Shown: positions 9,984 to 21,037, counted from the stretch's first letter. The stretch is 64,000 bases of DNA from an uncultured Bacteroidales bacterium (GCA_964559985.1 CAZLJX010000007.1:13-64012); one strand, 5' to 3'. Numbers and translations are program-made. The notes: generated by a model not told the origin, from the sequence alone.

Positions 9984-10472
9984 ATGGATAAATCAGACAT
10001 CATTCGGCAAAAAATATATAACCAGGAAAATATTTCAGAAATTTTAGCTTACTGGAAATTTACATCTAAAAAAGTGGTATTTACCAATGGTTGTTTCGAT
10101 ATTATACATCGTGGCCATATTGAATACCTTGCAAAAGCAGCCTCACTGGGTGATGTATTAATGATCGGATTAAATACCGACGCTTCGGTGCGCAGGCTTA
10201 AAGGCGAAGGAAGGCCTGTACAGGACCAGAATTCAAGAGCACTCATTCTAGCCTCCTTCTTTTTTATTGATGCTGTTGTATTTTTCGATGACGACACTCC
10301 TGCCAATCTTATTGAAGCTGTTCAACCCGATGTGTTAGTCAAAGGAGGTGATTATAAGCCTGATAAAATTGTAGGTGCCGATACCGTTCAGAAAAAAGGC
10401 GGACTGGTTACCACCATTCCTTTTGTAGAAGGATTTTCAACCACAAGTATTTTAAAGTCAGTAATCAAATAG
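9984..10472 (+). CDS. rfaE2: D-glycero-beta-D-manno-heptose 1-phosphate adenylyltransferase (RfaE domain II-like)
   Basis: VFTNGCFDIIHRGH, GLNTDASVRRLKGEGRP, LVKGGDY, GFSTTSI. Confidence 0.9.
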   Translation: MDKSDIIRQKIYNQENISEILAYWKFTSKKVVFTNGCFDIIHRGHIEYLAKAASLGDVLMIGLNTDASVRRLKGEGRPVQDQNSRALILASFFFIDAVVFFDDDTPANLIEAVQPDVLVKGGDYKPDKIVGADTVQKKGGLVTTIPFVEGFSTTSILKSVIK

Positions 10473-10492
10473 TATTTTTAAAAAGTATTTTT

Positions 10493-10500
10493 TATCTTTG
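10493..10500 (+). promoter_or_regulatory. Promoter -7 element for the lipoprotein-radA-ABC ATPase run
   Basis: TATCTTTG, 15 bp before the ATG at 10516. Confidence 0.6.
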
Positions 10501-10515
10501 TACAATTAAAGACTG

Positions 10516-10956
10516 ATGAAAATGAAGCATATTATCATTTTTCTTATTTTAGTGATGGCATTTCTTGGTTGCAGAAAGCGCTACGAAACAGATATTGTTG
10601 GCATGTGGCAGCTGGTTCCTTTTAACCAGCCAGATACCAACGATGTTTATATATGGGAATTTGGCGGGGCAGATATTCTGAAGCGTTATGCTATACCAAA
10701 TCCTGGAACTGAAGCAGATACCCTTGAAAATATTTATTTTATCAGCAAAGATATCAGGTATGTTTATGTTGAGATTGATACTTCTGATCTGCATCCCTTT
10801 CTGCCAATGCATGATGAAGAAGGGAAGTACCGCATTGATTATCTGAAAGATGGCATTTTGAAAATTACCCGTGTCAGCTTACCCGGGGGCCATCCGGAAG
10901 CACCATATATGCGAAGGGAATTCAAACAGTATATTCCGCCCAGTGCAAAAAAATAA
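10516..10956 (+). CDS. Hypothetical lipoprotein, lipocalin-like
   Basis: Signal plus FLGC lipobox; IVGMWQL (GxW) right after the Cys, as in lipocalin-like folds. Confidence 0.6.
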   Translation: MKMKHIIIFLILVMAFLGCRKRYETDIVGMWQLVPFNQPDTNDVYIWEFGGADILKRYAIPNPGTEADTLENIYFISKDIRYVYVEIDTSDLHPFLPMHDEEGKYRIDYLKDGILKITRVSLPGGHPEAPYMRREFKQYIPPSAKK

Positions 10957-12298
10957 AAAAATTTTTGTCTGTCAGAATTGCGGGGCTCAATCGGTAAAAT
11001 GGATAGGTAAGTGTCCTTCGTGCAACGAATGGAACTCATATACCGAAGAAATAGTCACTCCTGTCAGATCTTCTTCTTTTTCAGCAAACAGTAGCGGTGA
11101 TCCATTGCATATCGACCAGATTGACCAGGTTGTGACCAACCGCATCCATCTGCCAGGGAATGAATTCAACCGTGTCCTTGGCGGAGGGCTGGTAGCAGGA
11201 TCGGTTGTTCTGCTGGGCGGAGAACCCGGCATTGGAAAATCAACACTGGTGCTACAAACTGCATTGCAAATCGAATTAAAAAAAGTTTTATACATATCAG
11301 GCGAAGAAAGTCCGCAGCAATTAAAAATCAGGGCGTCGCGGCTTCAGTCCAAAGCCAGCCAGGTTTATATTTTATCTGAAACTCATCTTGAAAATATTCT
11401 CAATACTGTTGATAAATTTAACCCCGATATCATTATTGTTGACAGTATTCAGACTTTATTTTCTGAAAAAATTGAATCAATCCCAGGCAGCATTTCACAG
11501 GTGCGTGAATGTGCCTTTGTCTTGATGGAACTGGCAAAAAAGAAAAACATACCATGTATCCTCATTGGTCATATTACCAAAGATGGCTCAATTGCCGGCC
11601 CAAAATTACTTGAACACATGGTCGATACAGTTGTTCAGTTTGAGGGAGACCAAAATCATCTTTACCGGATTTTGAGAGCGCATAAGAATCGTTTTGGTCC
11701 GACTTCTGAAATTGGCATTTATACGATGCACAATGATGGTTTACGCGAGGTTGAAAATCCTTCGGAACTTCTGCTTTCATCACATAAACTCAATTTAAGC
11801 GGCGTTGCCATTGGTGCATCCCTCGAAGGGATCAGGCCTTTGCTTATTGAGGTACAATCGCTTGTAAGCTCGGCCGTTTATGGCACACCTCAGCGATCTG
11901 CTACCGGTTATGATATCAGACGGTTGAATATGTTGCTGGCGGTTCTCGAAAAAAGGGCAGGATTCAGACTTTCAGCAAAAGATGTTTTTTTAAACATTGC
12001 CGGCGGAATTAAAATGTACGATCCTGCTATCGATCTGGCCATCATGGTTTCGGTTATCTCGTCCGATCTGGATGCTCCGGTGAATCATAAAAGCTGTTTT
12101 GCTGCAGAAATTGGCCTTTCGGGTGAAATACGACCAGTTACGCGTGTCGATCAGCGAATTTACGAAGCTGATAAACTTGGGTTCGAACAAATTTTCATTT
12201 CATCGTTCAGCCCGGTAGCTTTCGATCGAAGCCTGAATAAAATAAAAGTACAGCAGGTGGCAAAAATCAGCGATGTGCTGAAACTACTTTTTAAGTAA
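10943..12298 (+). CDS. radA: DNA repair protein RadA/Sms
   Basis: Probable GTG start at 10943; CQNC..KWIGKCPSC zinc finger, GEPGIGKST, KNRFG, Lon-like C-terminus (EIGLSGEIRPV). Confidence 0.97.
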   Translation: MQKNKKIFVCQNCGAQSVKWIGKCPSCNEWNSYTEEIVTPVRSSSFSANSSGDPLHIDQIDQVVTNRIHLPGNEFNRVLGGGLVAGSVVLLGGEPGIGKSTLVLQTALQIELKKVLYISGEESPQQLKIRASRLQSKASQVYILSETHLENILNTVDKFNPDIIIVDSIQTLFSEKIESIPGSISQVRECAFVLMELAKKKNIPCILIGHITKDGSIAGPKLLEHMVDTVVQFEGDQNHLYRILRAHKNRFGPTSEIGIYTMHNDGLREVENPSELLLSSHKLNLSGVAIGASLEGIRPLLIEVQSLVSSAVYGTPQRSATGYDIRRLNMLLAVLEKRAGFRLSAKDVFLNIAGGIKMYDPAIDLAIMVSVISSDLDAPVNHKSCFAAEIGLSGEIRPVTRVDQRIYEADKLGFEQIFISSFSPVAFDRSLNKIKVQQVAKISDVLKLLFK

Positions 12299-12301
12299 TT
12301 T

Positions 12302-13969
12302 ATGGACGATTATTTATTAAAAATCACTGGCCTTACCATTAATGCAAAAGACAAACCCGGCGACAAACTGGTTGATGGTGCAAACTTTATACTTCGCCGG
12401 AACGAATCGATTGGTATTGTAGGTGAATCTGGTTCGGGAAAGTCACTCACAGCACTATCCATTTTAGGACTTTTACCCAAAAACCTTACAATTACGGGCG
12501 AAATACTTTTTCAACATAAAAATAAAACCATCGACCTGAGAAATGCTCATGAAAAACAACTCCGGCAAATCAGGGGGAACGCAATTTCTATTATTTTTCA
12601 GGATCCTCTTACATCATTAAATCCTGCAAAAAAATGCGGATACCAGATTGCAGAAATGGTTACGGCTCATTTTAATGATACTGAAAAAGAGGTAAAAAAT
12701 AAAATAGAAGAAATTCTGAAACAAGTCAGGATAGAAGATTATTACCGGATTATCAATTCATATCCTTTCCAGCTTTCGGGCGGACAACGGCAAAGGGTAA
12801 TGATTGCTATGGCACTGATTAACAAGCCTGCCCTGATGATTGCCGATGAACCCACTACTGCACTTGATGTTACCGTACAAAAATCCATCATAACCCTGAT
12901 AAAGGAATTACAACACGAAAATAACAACTCGCTTATCTTTATCTCGCATGATCTGGGTCTTGTACGTCATGTAGCCGACCACCTGATTGTGATGGAAAAA
13001 GGCAAGGTGATTGAATCTGGCAGCAGTGATGAAATTTTTAATAACCCTCAGCATGAGTATACCAAAGGGCTTTTAATGTGCCGTCCGACTTTTAAAACCT
13101 TTTTCAGGCGTTTACCCACCATTGCTGATTATAAAAATAAAAATGTCGTTTTTACCCAAAAGACTGATCAGTCCAACAATAGTTTGACTGAAACAATTTT
13201 GCAGGTTGACAACATAAATGTTTCATATACAAGGAATAAACTATTCAGAAAAAATATTCCTTTCCAGGTTTTACAAAACATACAATTTTCGGTTTATAAA
13301 GGTGAAACCCTCGGTTTGGTTGGAGAATCGGGCAGCGGAAAAACAACCATAGGGAAAGCATTGCTAAGATTAATTTCTACCAGCAACGGAAATATAAAAT
13401 ACCATGGTCAGGATCTGGCTGCTATGGATAAAAAAGAGCTCAAAGCATTCCGGTCAAAAGTTCAGCTGATTTTCCAGGATCCTTATGCCTCGCTTAATCC
13501 AAGAATTACAGCAGGAAGGGCTATAGAAGAAGCTATGTTTGTCCATGGCATTGGACAATCGTTTCGCCAACGGAAGGAATTAATTATAGAATTACTTGAA
13601 AATGTTGGCCTTGATGATAAGTTTTTTCATCGTTATCCGCATCAGATGAGCGGTGGCCAACGCCAGAGAATAGTTATTGCCAGGGCATTATCGTTAAAGC
13701 CTGAATTTATTATCTGCGATGAGTCGGTATCAGCACTTGATGTATCGGTTCAGGCCCAGGTATTAAATTTATTAAATGAACTGAAAGATAAATATGATCT
13801 TACCTATATTTTTATTTCACACGACCTGGCAGTGGTAAAATATATGTCGGACCGGGTAATTGTTTTAAAAAGCGGACAAATCATGGAAGCAGGCCGGTGT
13901 GATGATGTTTTCACCAATCCTCAATCGGATTATACGCGTACCTTGATTGACAGTGTATACCAGATCTAA
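12302..13969 (+). CDS. Peptide/nickel-type ABC transporter ATP-binding protein (two ATPase domains)
   Basis: Two GESGSGK Walker A motifs, two YP(F/H)Q(L/M)SGGQRQR signatures, DEPTTALD and DESVSALD. Confidence 0.95.
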   Translation: MDDYLLKITGLTINAKDKPGDKLVDGANFILRRNESIGIVGESGSGKSLTALSILGLLPKNLTITGEILFQHKNKTIDLRNAHEKQLRQIRGNAISIIFQDPLTSLNPAKKCGYQIAEMVTAHFNDTEKEVKNKIEEILKQVRIEDYYRIINSYPFQLSGGQRQRVMIAMALINKPALMIADEPTTALDVTVQKSIITLIKELQHENNNSLIFISHDLGLVRHVADHLIVMEKGKVIESGSSDEIFNNPQHEYTKGLLMCRPTFKTFFRRLPTIADYKNKNVVFTQKTDQSNNSLTETILQVDNINVSYTRNKLFRKNIPFQVLQNIQFSVYKGETLGLVGESGSGKTTIGKALLRLISTSNGNIKYHGQDLAAMDKKELKAFRSKVQLIFQDPYASLNPRITAGRAIEEAMFVHGIGQSFRQRKELIIELLENVGLDDKFFHRYPHQMSGGQRQRIVIARALSLKPEFIICDESVSALDVSVQAQVLNLLNELKDKYDLTYIFISHDLAVVKYMSDRVIVLKSGQIMEAGRCDDVFTNPQSDYTRTLIDSVYQI

Positions 13970-16320
13970 TCAAAATAATCGCCTTCAACAGGTTCTTCAC
14001 TTCCTGTAGTAAGCGGATCGTCGTCGCAGTTTAAATCAATATTAAAATTGTCGGGTACTTCAAACTTATCATCGGTAAGCACATGCAATGCGGTATCGGC
14101 ATACATTTTCTGCATAAAAAGTGCCCATACAGGCAATGCCATATTAGCGCCCTGCCCAAGGGCAAGGTTGTCGAAATGAATACTACGTTCTTCACCACCC
14201 GTCCAGACACCTGAAACAAGTTTTGGTGTAACGCCTATAAACCAGCCGTCGCTGTGATTATTGGTAGTCCCTGTTTTTCCGGCTATTTCACTTTTCAGTT
14301 GGTATTTAATAATTAATCTCACTCCTGTCCCTTTTCTGATTACTCCTTTTAGAAGGTTTATCATCAGGTAAGCCGTCTGAGCATTAAATGCTTCTGTTTT
14401 ATCGGGCTGAAATGAGGCCAGCACATTTCCGTTTTTATCTTCAATACGGGTTACAAAAAGCGGGTCGACATGAACACCCTTATTGGCAAAAGTGGTATAG
14501 GCACTTACCATCTCACAAAGCGTTACATCGGCTACTCCTAGACAAACACTCGGAACAGGCGGAATGTAGCTTTTTATCCCCATCAATTTTACCATATCAA
14601 TGATGGGTTCGGGTTTAAACTGTTTCATCAGCCAGGCCGAAATATTATTTACTGAATTAGCCAAACCCCATTTGAGGGTTACCATTTTTCGTTCATATTT
14701 ATCTTTCGAAGAATTTTTTGGGGTCCATAGTTCTCCGGTCGGTAATACAAATGTAGTGGGGACATTGGGCACTTTATAACATGGACTATAACCTTCCTGC
14801 ATGGCAAGGGTATATAAAAAGGGTTTAAACGTACTTCCTGCCTGCCTTTTACTAAGTTTAACATGATCGTACTGAAAATGTTTGTAATTAATACCGCCGA
14901 CATATGTCCTTACATAACCGGTTTCAGGTTCAATAGAGATAAAACCGCAATGCAGATAATGTTTATAATATAAAATAGAATCGTATGGCGACATTACCGT
15001 GTCTCTTTCACCACGCCAGGAAAATACTGTCATTTCGGTTTTATGCCTGAAATTCTTCATAATAGAATCGTTGCTGAATCCTTTGTTTTTCAACACCCTG
15101 TACCGTTCACTGCGCCTGATAGATGTTTGTATAATCTGCTGTACTTCTTCGGGTTTTAGATCTTCAGCAAAAGGTGCACCGGGTTTTCCCTTTTTTTCGG
15201 CAAAAAAACCAGGTTGTAAATCTTTCCCCATGTGGAGGTAAACAGCTTCTTCGGCATATTTTTGCATTCTTGAATTGATGGTGGTATAAATTTTTATACC
15301 ATCTTTATATAATAAATATGGTGTGCCATCGGGTTTAAGGTTTTTATTGCACCACCCGAAAAGCGGGTTATTTTCCCATTCAATAGAGTCTTCAAGATAC
15401 ATATCGTGGCTCCAGTAATTTTTCCTTGATGGTTTATTCGCAGTCAGTGTCATCCTCAGATATTCCCTGAAATAAGTCGCCAATCCTTCGGTATGGCTTT
15501 GTGACATATAATACAAATGTAATGGCAATGCTGAAAGGCTGTCGAAACTTTCCCTGTCAATAAATTTATATTTCAACATTTGCGATAAAACAACATTGCG
15601 ACGGTATATGGCCCGGTTGGGGTTTCTTACAGGGTTATAATACGATGGTGCTTTAAGTACACCTACCAGTAATGCAGCCTGTTCAATTTTCAGGTCTCCC
15701 GGAGGGCAATTAAAAAAAGTATATGACGCAGTATTAATTCCAAAAGATTGGCTTCCAAAAGGAACAGTATTGAGATACATCAAAATAATTTCTTCTTTGG
15801 TGTAATTCCGTTCGAGTTTAACAGCGGTGACCCATTCTTTCATTTTTGCAATCCCCAGATTAATTTTCCGCATTACACTGGTATAATAAACGGTAGTGTC
15901 GCGGGGAAACAGATTTTTAGCCAATTGCTGGGTGATGGTGCTTCCTCCTCCTTTTGAATTACCTGTCAAAACACCATAGATAACCCTTAAGGTCGCCTTA
16001 AAATCAATCCCCGAGTGGCGCGTGAAACGGTAATCTTCGGTTGCAATCAGGGCTTTTATCAAGTGGGGTGATAATTCGTGATATTCAACAAACGTGCGGT
16101 TTTGAAAATAATATTTGCCCAGCACAACCTGATCATCAGAAATTACTTCCGAAGCAAGGCTGCTTTTTGGGTTTTCCAGTTCTTCAAAAGTGGGCATAAA
16201 GCCCAGTTTTCCATTAATAATTAATATAAACAATAATGCTACAAAAAGAAATGGCATAATAATGATGGCATATAAGCCAATTAAATACTTATTTTTCAAT
16301 ATGGCTTTTTTTATTTCCAT
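13966..16320 (-). CDS. Class A penicillin-binding protein (PBP1A; transglycosylase plus transpeptidase)
   Basis: ATEDYRFTRHSGID, GGSTITQQLAKN, RQAGSTFKPF (SxxK), SVN (SxN), GKTGTT. Confidence 0.95.
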   Translation of the reverse strand: MEIKKAILKNKYLIGLYAIIIMPFLFVALLFILIINGKLGFMPTFEELENPKSSLASEVISDDQVVLGKYYFQNRTFVEYHELSPHLIKALIATEDYRFTRHSGIDFKATLRVIYGVLTGNSKGGGSTITQQLAKNLFPRDTTVYYTSVMRKINLGIAKMKEWVTAVKLERNYTKEEIILMYLNTVPFGSQSFGINTASYTFFNCPPGDLKIEQAALLVGVLKAPSYYNPVRNPNRAIYRRNVVLSQMLKYKFIDRESFDSLSALPLHLYYMSQSHTEGLATYFREYLRMTLTANKPSRKNYWSHDMYLEDSIEWENNPLFGWCNKNLKPDGTPYLLYKDGIKIYTTINSRMQKYAEEAVYLHMGKDLQPGFFAEKKGKPGAPFAEDLKPEEVQQIIQTSIRRSERYRVLKNKGFSNDSIMKNFRHKTEMTVFSWRGERDTVMSPYDSILYYKHYLHCGFISIEPETGYVRTYVGGINYKHFQYDHVKLSKRQAGSTFKPFLYTLAMQEGYSPCYKVPNVPTTFVLPTGELWTPKNSSKDKYERKMVTLKWGLANSVNNISAWLMKQFKPEPIIDMVKLMGIKSYIPPVPSVCLGVADVTLCEMVSAYTTFANKGVHVDPLFVTRIEDKNGNVLASFQPDKTEAFNAQTAYLMINLLKGVIRKGTGVRLIIKYQLKSEIAGKTGTTNNHSDGWFIGVTPKLVSGVWTGGEERSIHFDNLALGQGANMALPVWALFMQKMYADTALHVLTDDKFEVPDNFNIDLNCDDDPLTTGSEEPVEGDYFD

Positions 16321-16463
16321 TAGAAATATTTTTAAACATTTATAATTAAGGTAATTATAATACGATTTCGGGCATTAAAAGTAGTAAATTAATTGTAAAT
16401 TTTGATTATCGCTACATATTTGTTTTAATTTGCAGAAAAAATTTAAGCCTATTTTCAATTCCT

Positions 16464-18797
16464 ATGGAAGATCATCTTGTCATCGTCGAATCACCGGCAA
16501 AAGCAAAAACCATTGAAAAATTTTTAGGAAAAGATTTTCTTGTTAAATCCAGTTTTGGCCATATCAGGGATTTATCGAAAAAAGATCTTGGAATTGAAAT
16601 CGAACACGATTTTAAACCCATTTACGAAGTCCCTTCCGATAAAAAAAAGGTTGTTGACGAATTGAAAAAACTTTCATCCAAGGCCAAAGTTGTCTGGCTG
16701 GCATCTGATGAAGACCGTGAGGGAGAAGCCATTGCCTGGCACCTGGCAGAAGTTTTAAAATTGAAAGAAGAAAAAATAAGGCGTATTGTTTTTCACGAAA
16801 TTACCAAGGATGCCATTTTACATTCCATTGAAAATCCAAGGGCAATTGATCACAACCTTGTCAATGCCCAGCAGGCAAGGCGTATCCTGGACCGGTTGGT
16901 TGGATTTGAATTATCGCCCCTTTTATGGAAAAAAATTAAACCTTCACTCTCAGCCGGGCGTGTACAATCGGTTGCTGTAAGGTTAATTGTTGAGCGTGAA
17001 AGAGAAATCATGGCTTTCAAATCAGAATCATATTTTAAAATTACCGGTTATTTTTTCGAATCTGATAAAAATGTCAATGTTTTCAAAGCCGAGTTAAATA
17101 AAAAATTCCAGGCTTCAGAAGAAGTCAGGAAATTTTTAGAACGCTGTAAATCAGCGCATTTTACAATTGCCGATACACAGGTTAAACCTTTTAAAAAATC
17201 TCCACCACCCCCTTTTACTACATCAACCTTGCAGCAGGAAGCAAGCCGTAAATTCGGTTTTTCCGTATCGCAAACCATGACCATTGCCCAGCACTTGTAT
17301 GAAGCTGGTCATATTACCTATATGCGTACCGATTCAACCAACCTATCCGATCTGGCATTAGGAGTATCAAAAAATGTTATCACCGGACAGTTTGGCGATA
17401 AATATTATAAGTTCAGGCAATACAAAACCAAAATAAAAGGTGCGCAGGAAGCCCACGAAGCTATCAGGCCGACCTTCATCGATCATGAAAATATTGAAGG
17501 TAATACCAACGAAAAAAAACTTTACACCCTGATACGAAAAAGGACACTGGCATCGCAAATGGCAGATGCACAACTGGAAAAAACAGTTCTGACCATAGAC
17601 ATTTCAGGCTCGGAACATAAATTTATCGCAAGTGGTGAGGTAATCAAATTTGATGGATTTTTAAAACTTTATACGGAAAGTGTTGAAGAAGATAACGAAG
17701 AATCAGGACATATCCTGTTACCACGTCTGGCAGTAAATCAGGAAATATATTTCAATACCATTGAAGCATCCCAACGTTTTACCCATGCCCCTGCCAGGTA
17801 TTCAGAAGCCAGTCTTGTTAAAAGGCTTGAAGAACTTGGCATCGGACGGCCTTCGACCTACGCACCAACAATTTCTACGATTCAGGCAAGGGGTTATATA
17901 TTAAAAGAAGACCGGCCTGGTTTTACAAGAAAATATGAATATATATTTTTAAATGACAATGTCATTAAATCAGAACTAAAAACCGAAAATTCGGGAAGTG
18001 AAAAATCAAAATTATTTCCGACAGATATCGGCATGGTTGTTAATGATTTTCTTGTAAATCACTTTCAGAATATCCTTGATTTTAATTTCACTGCATCGGT
18101 TGAAAAAGATTTTGATGAAATAGCCGAAGGAAATGTTGAATGGGTTAAAATGATTAAAAAGTTTTATAAAAACTTTCACCATCAGATCGTTGAAACAACC
18201 AAAACTTCTGAAAGGGGTTTAGGAGAAAGGATACTGGGAACTGAGCCAGCTTCTGGACAAAAAGTGATGGTCAGGATAGGAAAATTCGGGCCTATGGTTC
18301 AGATTGGTGAAAATGATGGTGACCAGAAGCCCCGCTATGCTCCTTTAAGGAAAGATCAGTTAATTGAAACAATTACACTTGAACAGGCACTTGAATTATT
18401 TAAGCTCCCGCGGGAGGTTGGCGATTTTGAAAATGAAAAAATTGTTGCTGCCATTGGACGATTCGGGCCTTACCTGAAACATAACAATAAATTTTATAGC
18501 CTCCCAAAAGGGAACGACCCGCTCACTATTTCTGCCGACGATGCCGTGAGAATAATCAAGGATAAAAGAACAACCGAAAAAAATAAAATAATTCAGGATT
18601 TTTCGAAGGATGCAGGCATTATGGTTCTTAACGGGCGCTATGGACCCTATATCACCATGGCTAAAGAAAATTTCAGGATTCCAAAAGGTACCGATCCGGC
18701 CACACTTACTGTTGAGATGTGCCGGCAAATTATTGAAAAACAACAGCAAAGCGGAAAAAGCAAAACAAAGGCACCTTTCAAAAAACGAAAAAAATAA
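16464..18797 (+). CDS. topA: DNA topoisomerase I with C-terminal repeats
   Basis: VIVESPAKAKTI, ASDEDREGEAI, SAGRVQS, ITYMRTDS (catalytic Tyr), GIGRPSTYA; repeated GRFGPY/GRYGPY C-terminal modules. Confidence 0.98.
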   Translation: MEDHLVIVESPAKAKTIEKFLGKDFLVKSSFGHIRDLSKKDLGIEIEHDFKPIYEVPSDKKKVVDELKKLSSKAKVVWLASDEDREGEAIAWHLAEVLKLKEEKIRRIVFHEITKDAILHSIENPRAIDHNLVNAQQARRILDRLVGFELSPLLWKKIKPSLSAGRVQSVAVRLIVEREREIMAFKSESYFKITGYFFESDKNVNVFKAELNKKFQASEEVRKFLERCKSAHFTIADTQVKPFKKSPPPPFTTSTLQQEASRKFGFSVSQTMTIAQHLYEAGHITYMRTDSTNLSDLALGVSKNVITGQFGDKYYKFRQYKTKIKGAQEAHEAIRPTFIDHENIEGNTNEKKLYTLIRKRTLASQMADAQLEKTVLTIDISGSEHKFIASGEVIKFDGFLKLYTESVEEDNEESGHILLPRLAVNQEIYFNTIEASQRFTHAPARYSEASLVKRLEELGIGRPSTYAPTISTIQARGYILKEDRPGFTRKYEYIFLNDNVIKSELKTENSGSEKSKLFPTDIGMVVNDFLVNHFQNILDFNFTASVEKDFDEIAEGNVEWVKMIKKFYKNFHHQIVETTKTSERGLGERILGTEPASGQKVMVRIGKFGPMVQIGENDGDQKPRYAPLRKDQLIETITLEQALELFKLPREVGDFENEKIVAAIGRFGPYLKHNNKFYSLPKGNDPLTISADDAVRIIKDKRTTEKNKIIQDFSKDAGIMVLNGRYGPYITMAKENFRIPKGTDPATLTVEMCRQIIEKQQQSGKSKTKAPFKKRKK

Positions 18798-18806
18798 ATC
18801 CCGCTG

Positions 18807-19940
18807 ATGGAATTGTTTCAATATCTTGACCCCTATCTTCAGAAGGCTCATTATGAAGAATTTACATTTGGTAGTCATATCAAACGCTTTTCTGAACTGG
18901 CATTCCATCTGCCGGATATCAGGGCTGGAATTATAGGAATACCCTTCTGCAACAGCGAATTCAATTTGGGATCACATCAAGCCCCCGACCTGATCAGGGA
19001 AGAATTATACCAACTTACATGGCATAAAAACGAATATGGTATCGCTGATTTTGGAAATATTAAACCTGGTCAGAATCTCAGTGATACCCACCACGCCATT
19101 TCATTTGTTATCCATCAAATGGTTTCGCAAAACATTATACCGGTTATCATTGGTGGCGATGTCGGAAACATGCTTCCGGTAGTCAATGGATTTTATAATC
19201 ACCTTCCTGAAATTTCCATTACCGGAATATGCCCTGATATTGCAGTAACCGGCGATGAAAACAAACAAACTTATTTTGAAAAGTTAATCTTACTGAACAA
19301 TCCCGAAATAAAAGATTATCATATCTTAGGCTATCAGAATTATTATATCACACCGCAACATCTTGATTTTATTCATCAGTTGGGGTTCAATGCGGTACGA
19401 CTTGGGAATCTGCGTTCAAATATCGCTGATGCTGAGCCATATATGCGCGACACTGATTTGATAAGTTTTCAGATAGGATCGGTAAAAACTGCTGATGCCC
19501 CCGGCTATGTACGTGTTACCCCAAACGGATTTCAGAGCGACGAAATCTGCCAGCTAGCCCGCTTTTCAGGATCAGGAAGTAAAATCAGTGCCTGGGCTTT
19601 GTGGGATGTCAATCCTGTTTATGATAAAAACAGGCTGACTTTAGCCTTGTCAGCACAAATAATATGGCATTTTTTAGAAGCATTATCCAATCGTGTCATT
19701 GAATTTCCTTCAGCCGACACCTCCCTTTTTGCCAATTATCACGTATCATCCGAGTTGCACGACTATGCCATCCGATTTTTCCGTAGTTTACGCACCGATC
19801 GCTGGTGGGCAGAGATTAACTTTAATAATCAAACATCAACCCATTATATACCATGTACTTACGATGACTATCGCCTGACATGTAATAACGAAATCCCCGA
19901 GAAATTCTGGAAATTTTTTCAAAAATTTATTAAAAAATGA
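18807..19940 (+). CDS. Arginase/formimidoylglutamase-fold protein, probably non-catalytic
   Basis: GIIGIP...APDLIREELYQL, DFGNI, PNGFQSDEICQLARFSG, LSAQIIWHFLE. The canonical GGDH, DAHxD and DxD metal motifs are not recognisable. Confidence 0.75.
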   Translation: MELFQYLDPYLQKAHYEEFTFGSHIKRFSELAFHLPDIRAGIIGIPFCNSEFNLGSHQAPDLIREELYQLTWHKNEYGIADFGNIKPGQNLSDTHHAISFVIHQMVSQNIIPVIIGGDVGNMLPVVNGFYNHLPEISITGICPDIAVTGDENKQTYFEKLILLNNPEIKDYHILGYQNYYITPQHLDFIHQLGFNAVRLGNLRSNIADAEPYMRDTDLISFQIGSVKTADAPGYVRVTPNGFQSDEICQLARFSGSGSKISAWALWDVNPVYDKNRLTLALSAQIIWHFLEALSNRVIEFPSADTSLFANYHVSSELHDYAIRFFRSLRTDRWWAEINFNNQTSTHYIPCTYDDYRLTCNNEIPEKFWKFFQKFIKK

Positions 19941-20083
19941 TAAATTTTTTTTCCGGAGTATTGATTTCTAACAATAATTTATAATTTTAACCGCTTAATA
20001 CTTATTAACAAGAAATGTTAATATCGTTTGGATATCGTGATAATTTTATTAATTTTACCGATTAAAGGAATTTATTTTTTTAC

Positions 20084-21037
20084 ATGAACAGCCTTTCATA
20101 TATAAGGTTTTTTGCGTTGATGGTATTTGCATTGCTTTTTGCCGATATTGCTGCTGCCCAGCAAGATCCAATGGTAACGCAAAATATGTTCAACCAGCTT
20201 GCCATTAACCCTGGATATGCAGGAAGCATCGACGGTATTGAAGCCAATGCTATCATCAGAAATCAATACATGGGCTTTGAAGGAGCACCGGTTACCCAGT
20301 TTTTCAATGTTCATTCAGGCCTTAAATTTTTAGGACACAAACATGGTGTGGGTTTAAGTTTAATCAACGATGCCATAGGATTTGACAACAATCTTGGCGT
20401 GAAACTGAATTATGCCTACCGTACCACAGCCGGAGCGGGTGATTTGGGAATAGGATTATATGCCGGCTTTTTAAATAAAAACATGAAAGGACAGAAATGG
20501 GTTTATCCTGATGGAACAGGTGGATCGACCGATAACCTTGTACCAACCACCGAACAAAAACCTATGGTTTTTGATATGGGACTGGGATTGTATTATAAGA
20601 TAGATAACCTTTATATGGGGCTTTCTTTTGCACATCTGACCAAACCCGAAGTTAAATACAGCGATGGTTCATCATTTATCGGACGTTCCTATTTTCTGAC
20701 TGTCAGTTACAATTACCAGTTGACAAATCCCTTGTTTGAATTACGGCCTTCCCTGTTTATTTGTTCTGACATAGCGTCAAACCAGGTTGGAATTAACAGC
20801 CTGCTTTACTATAATAAACGTTTTTGGGGAGGTTTTACCTATCGCACTGTTGATGCCATTTCGGTAATGGCAGGTCTTGAAATGCTCGGGGGATTACAAT
20901 TAAGTATTGCTTACGATATCAACACTTCGGCACTGCGTACCTATAACAGTGGTTCGCTGGAAGTGATGGTAGGCTATGCATTTACGTTTAAAGTTGAAAA
21001 AGATAAAAAAACCTATAAAAGTATTCGGTATTTATAG
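20084..21037 (+). CDS. porP: T9SS outer-membrane protein, PorP/SprF family
   Basis: Signal; QQDPMVTQNMFNQLAINPGYAG, IRNQYMGFEGAPVT, GSLEVMVGY; upstream of porK. Confidence 0.9.
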   Translation: MNSLSYIRFFALMVFALLFADIAAAQQDPMVTQNMFNQLAINPGYAGSIDGIEANAIIRNQYMGFEGAPVTQFFNVHSGLKFLGHKHGVGLSLINDAIGFDNNLGVKLNYAYRTTAGAGDLGIGLYAGFLNKNMKGQKWVYPDGTGGSTDNLVPTTEQKPMVFDMGLGLYYKIDNLYMGLSFAHLTKPEVKYSDGSSFIGRSYFLTVSYNYQLTNPLFELRPSLFICSDIASNQVGINSLLYYNKRFWGGFTYRTVDAISVMAGLEMLGGLQLSIAYDINTSALRTYNSGSLEVMVGYAFTFKVEKDKKTYKSIRYL

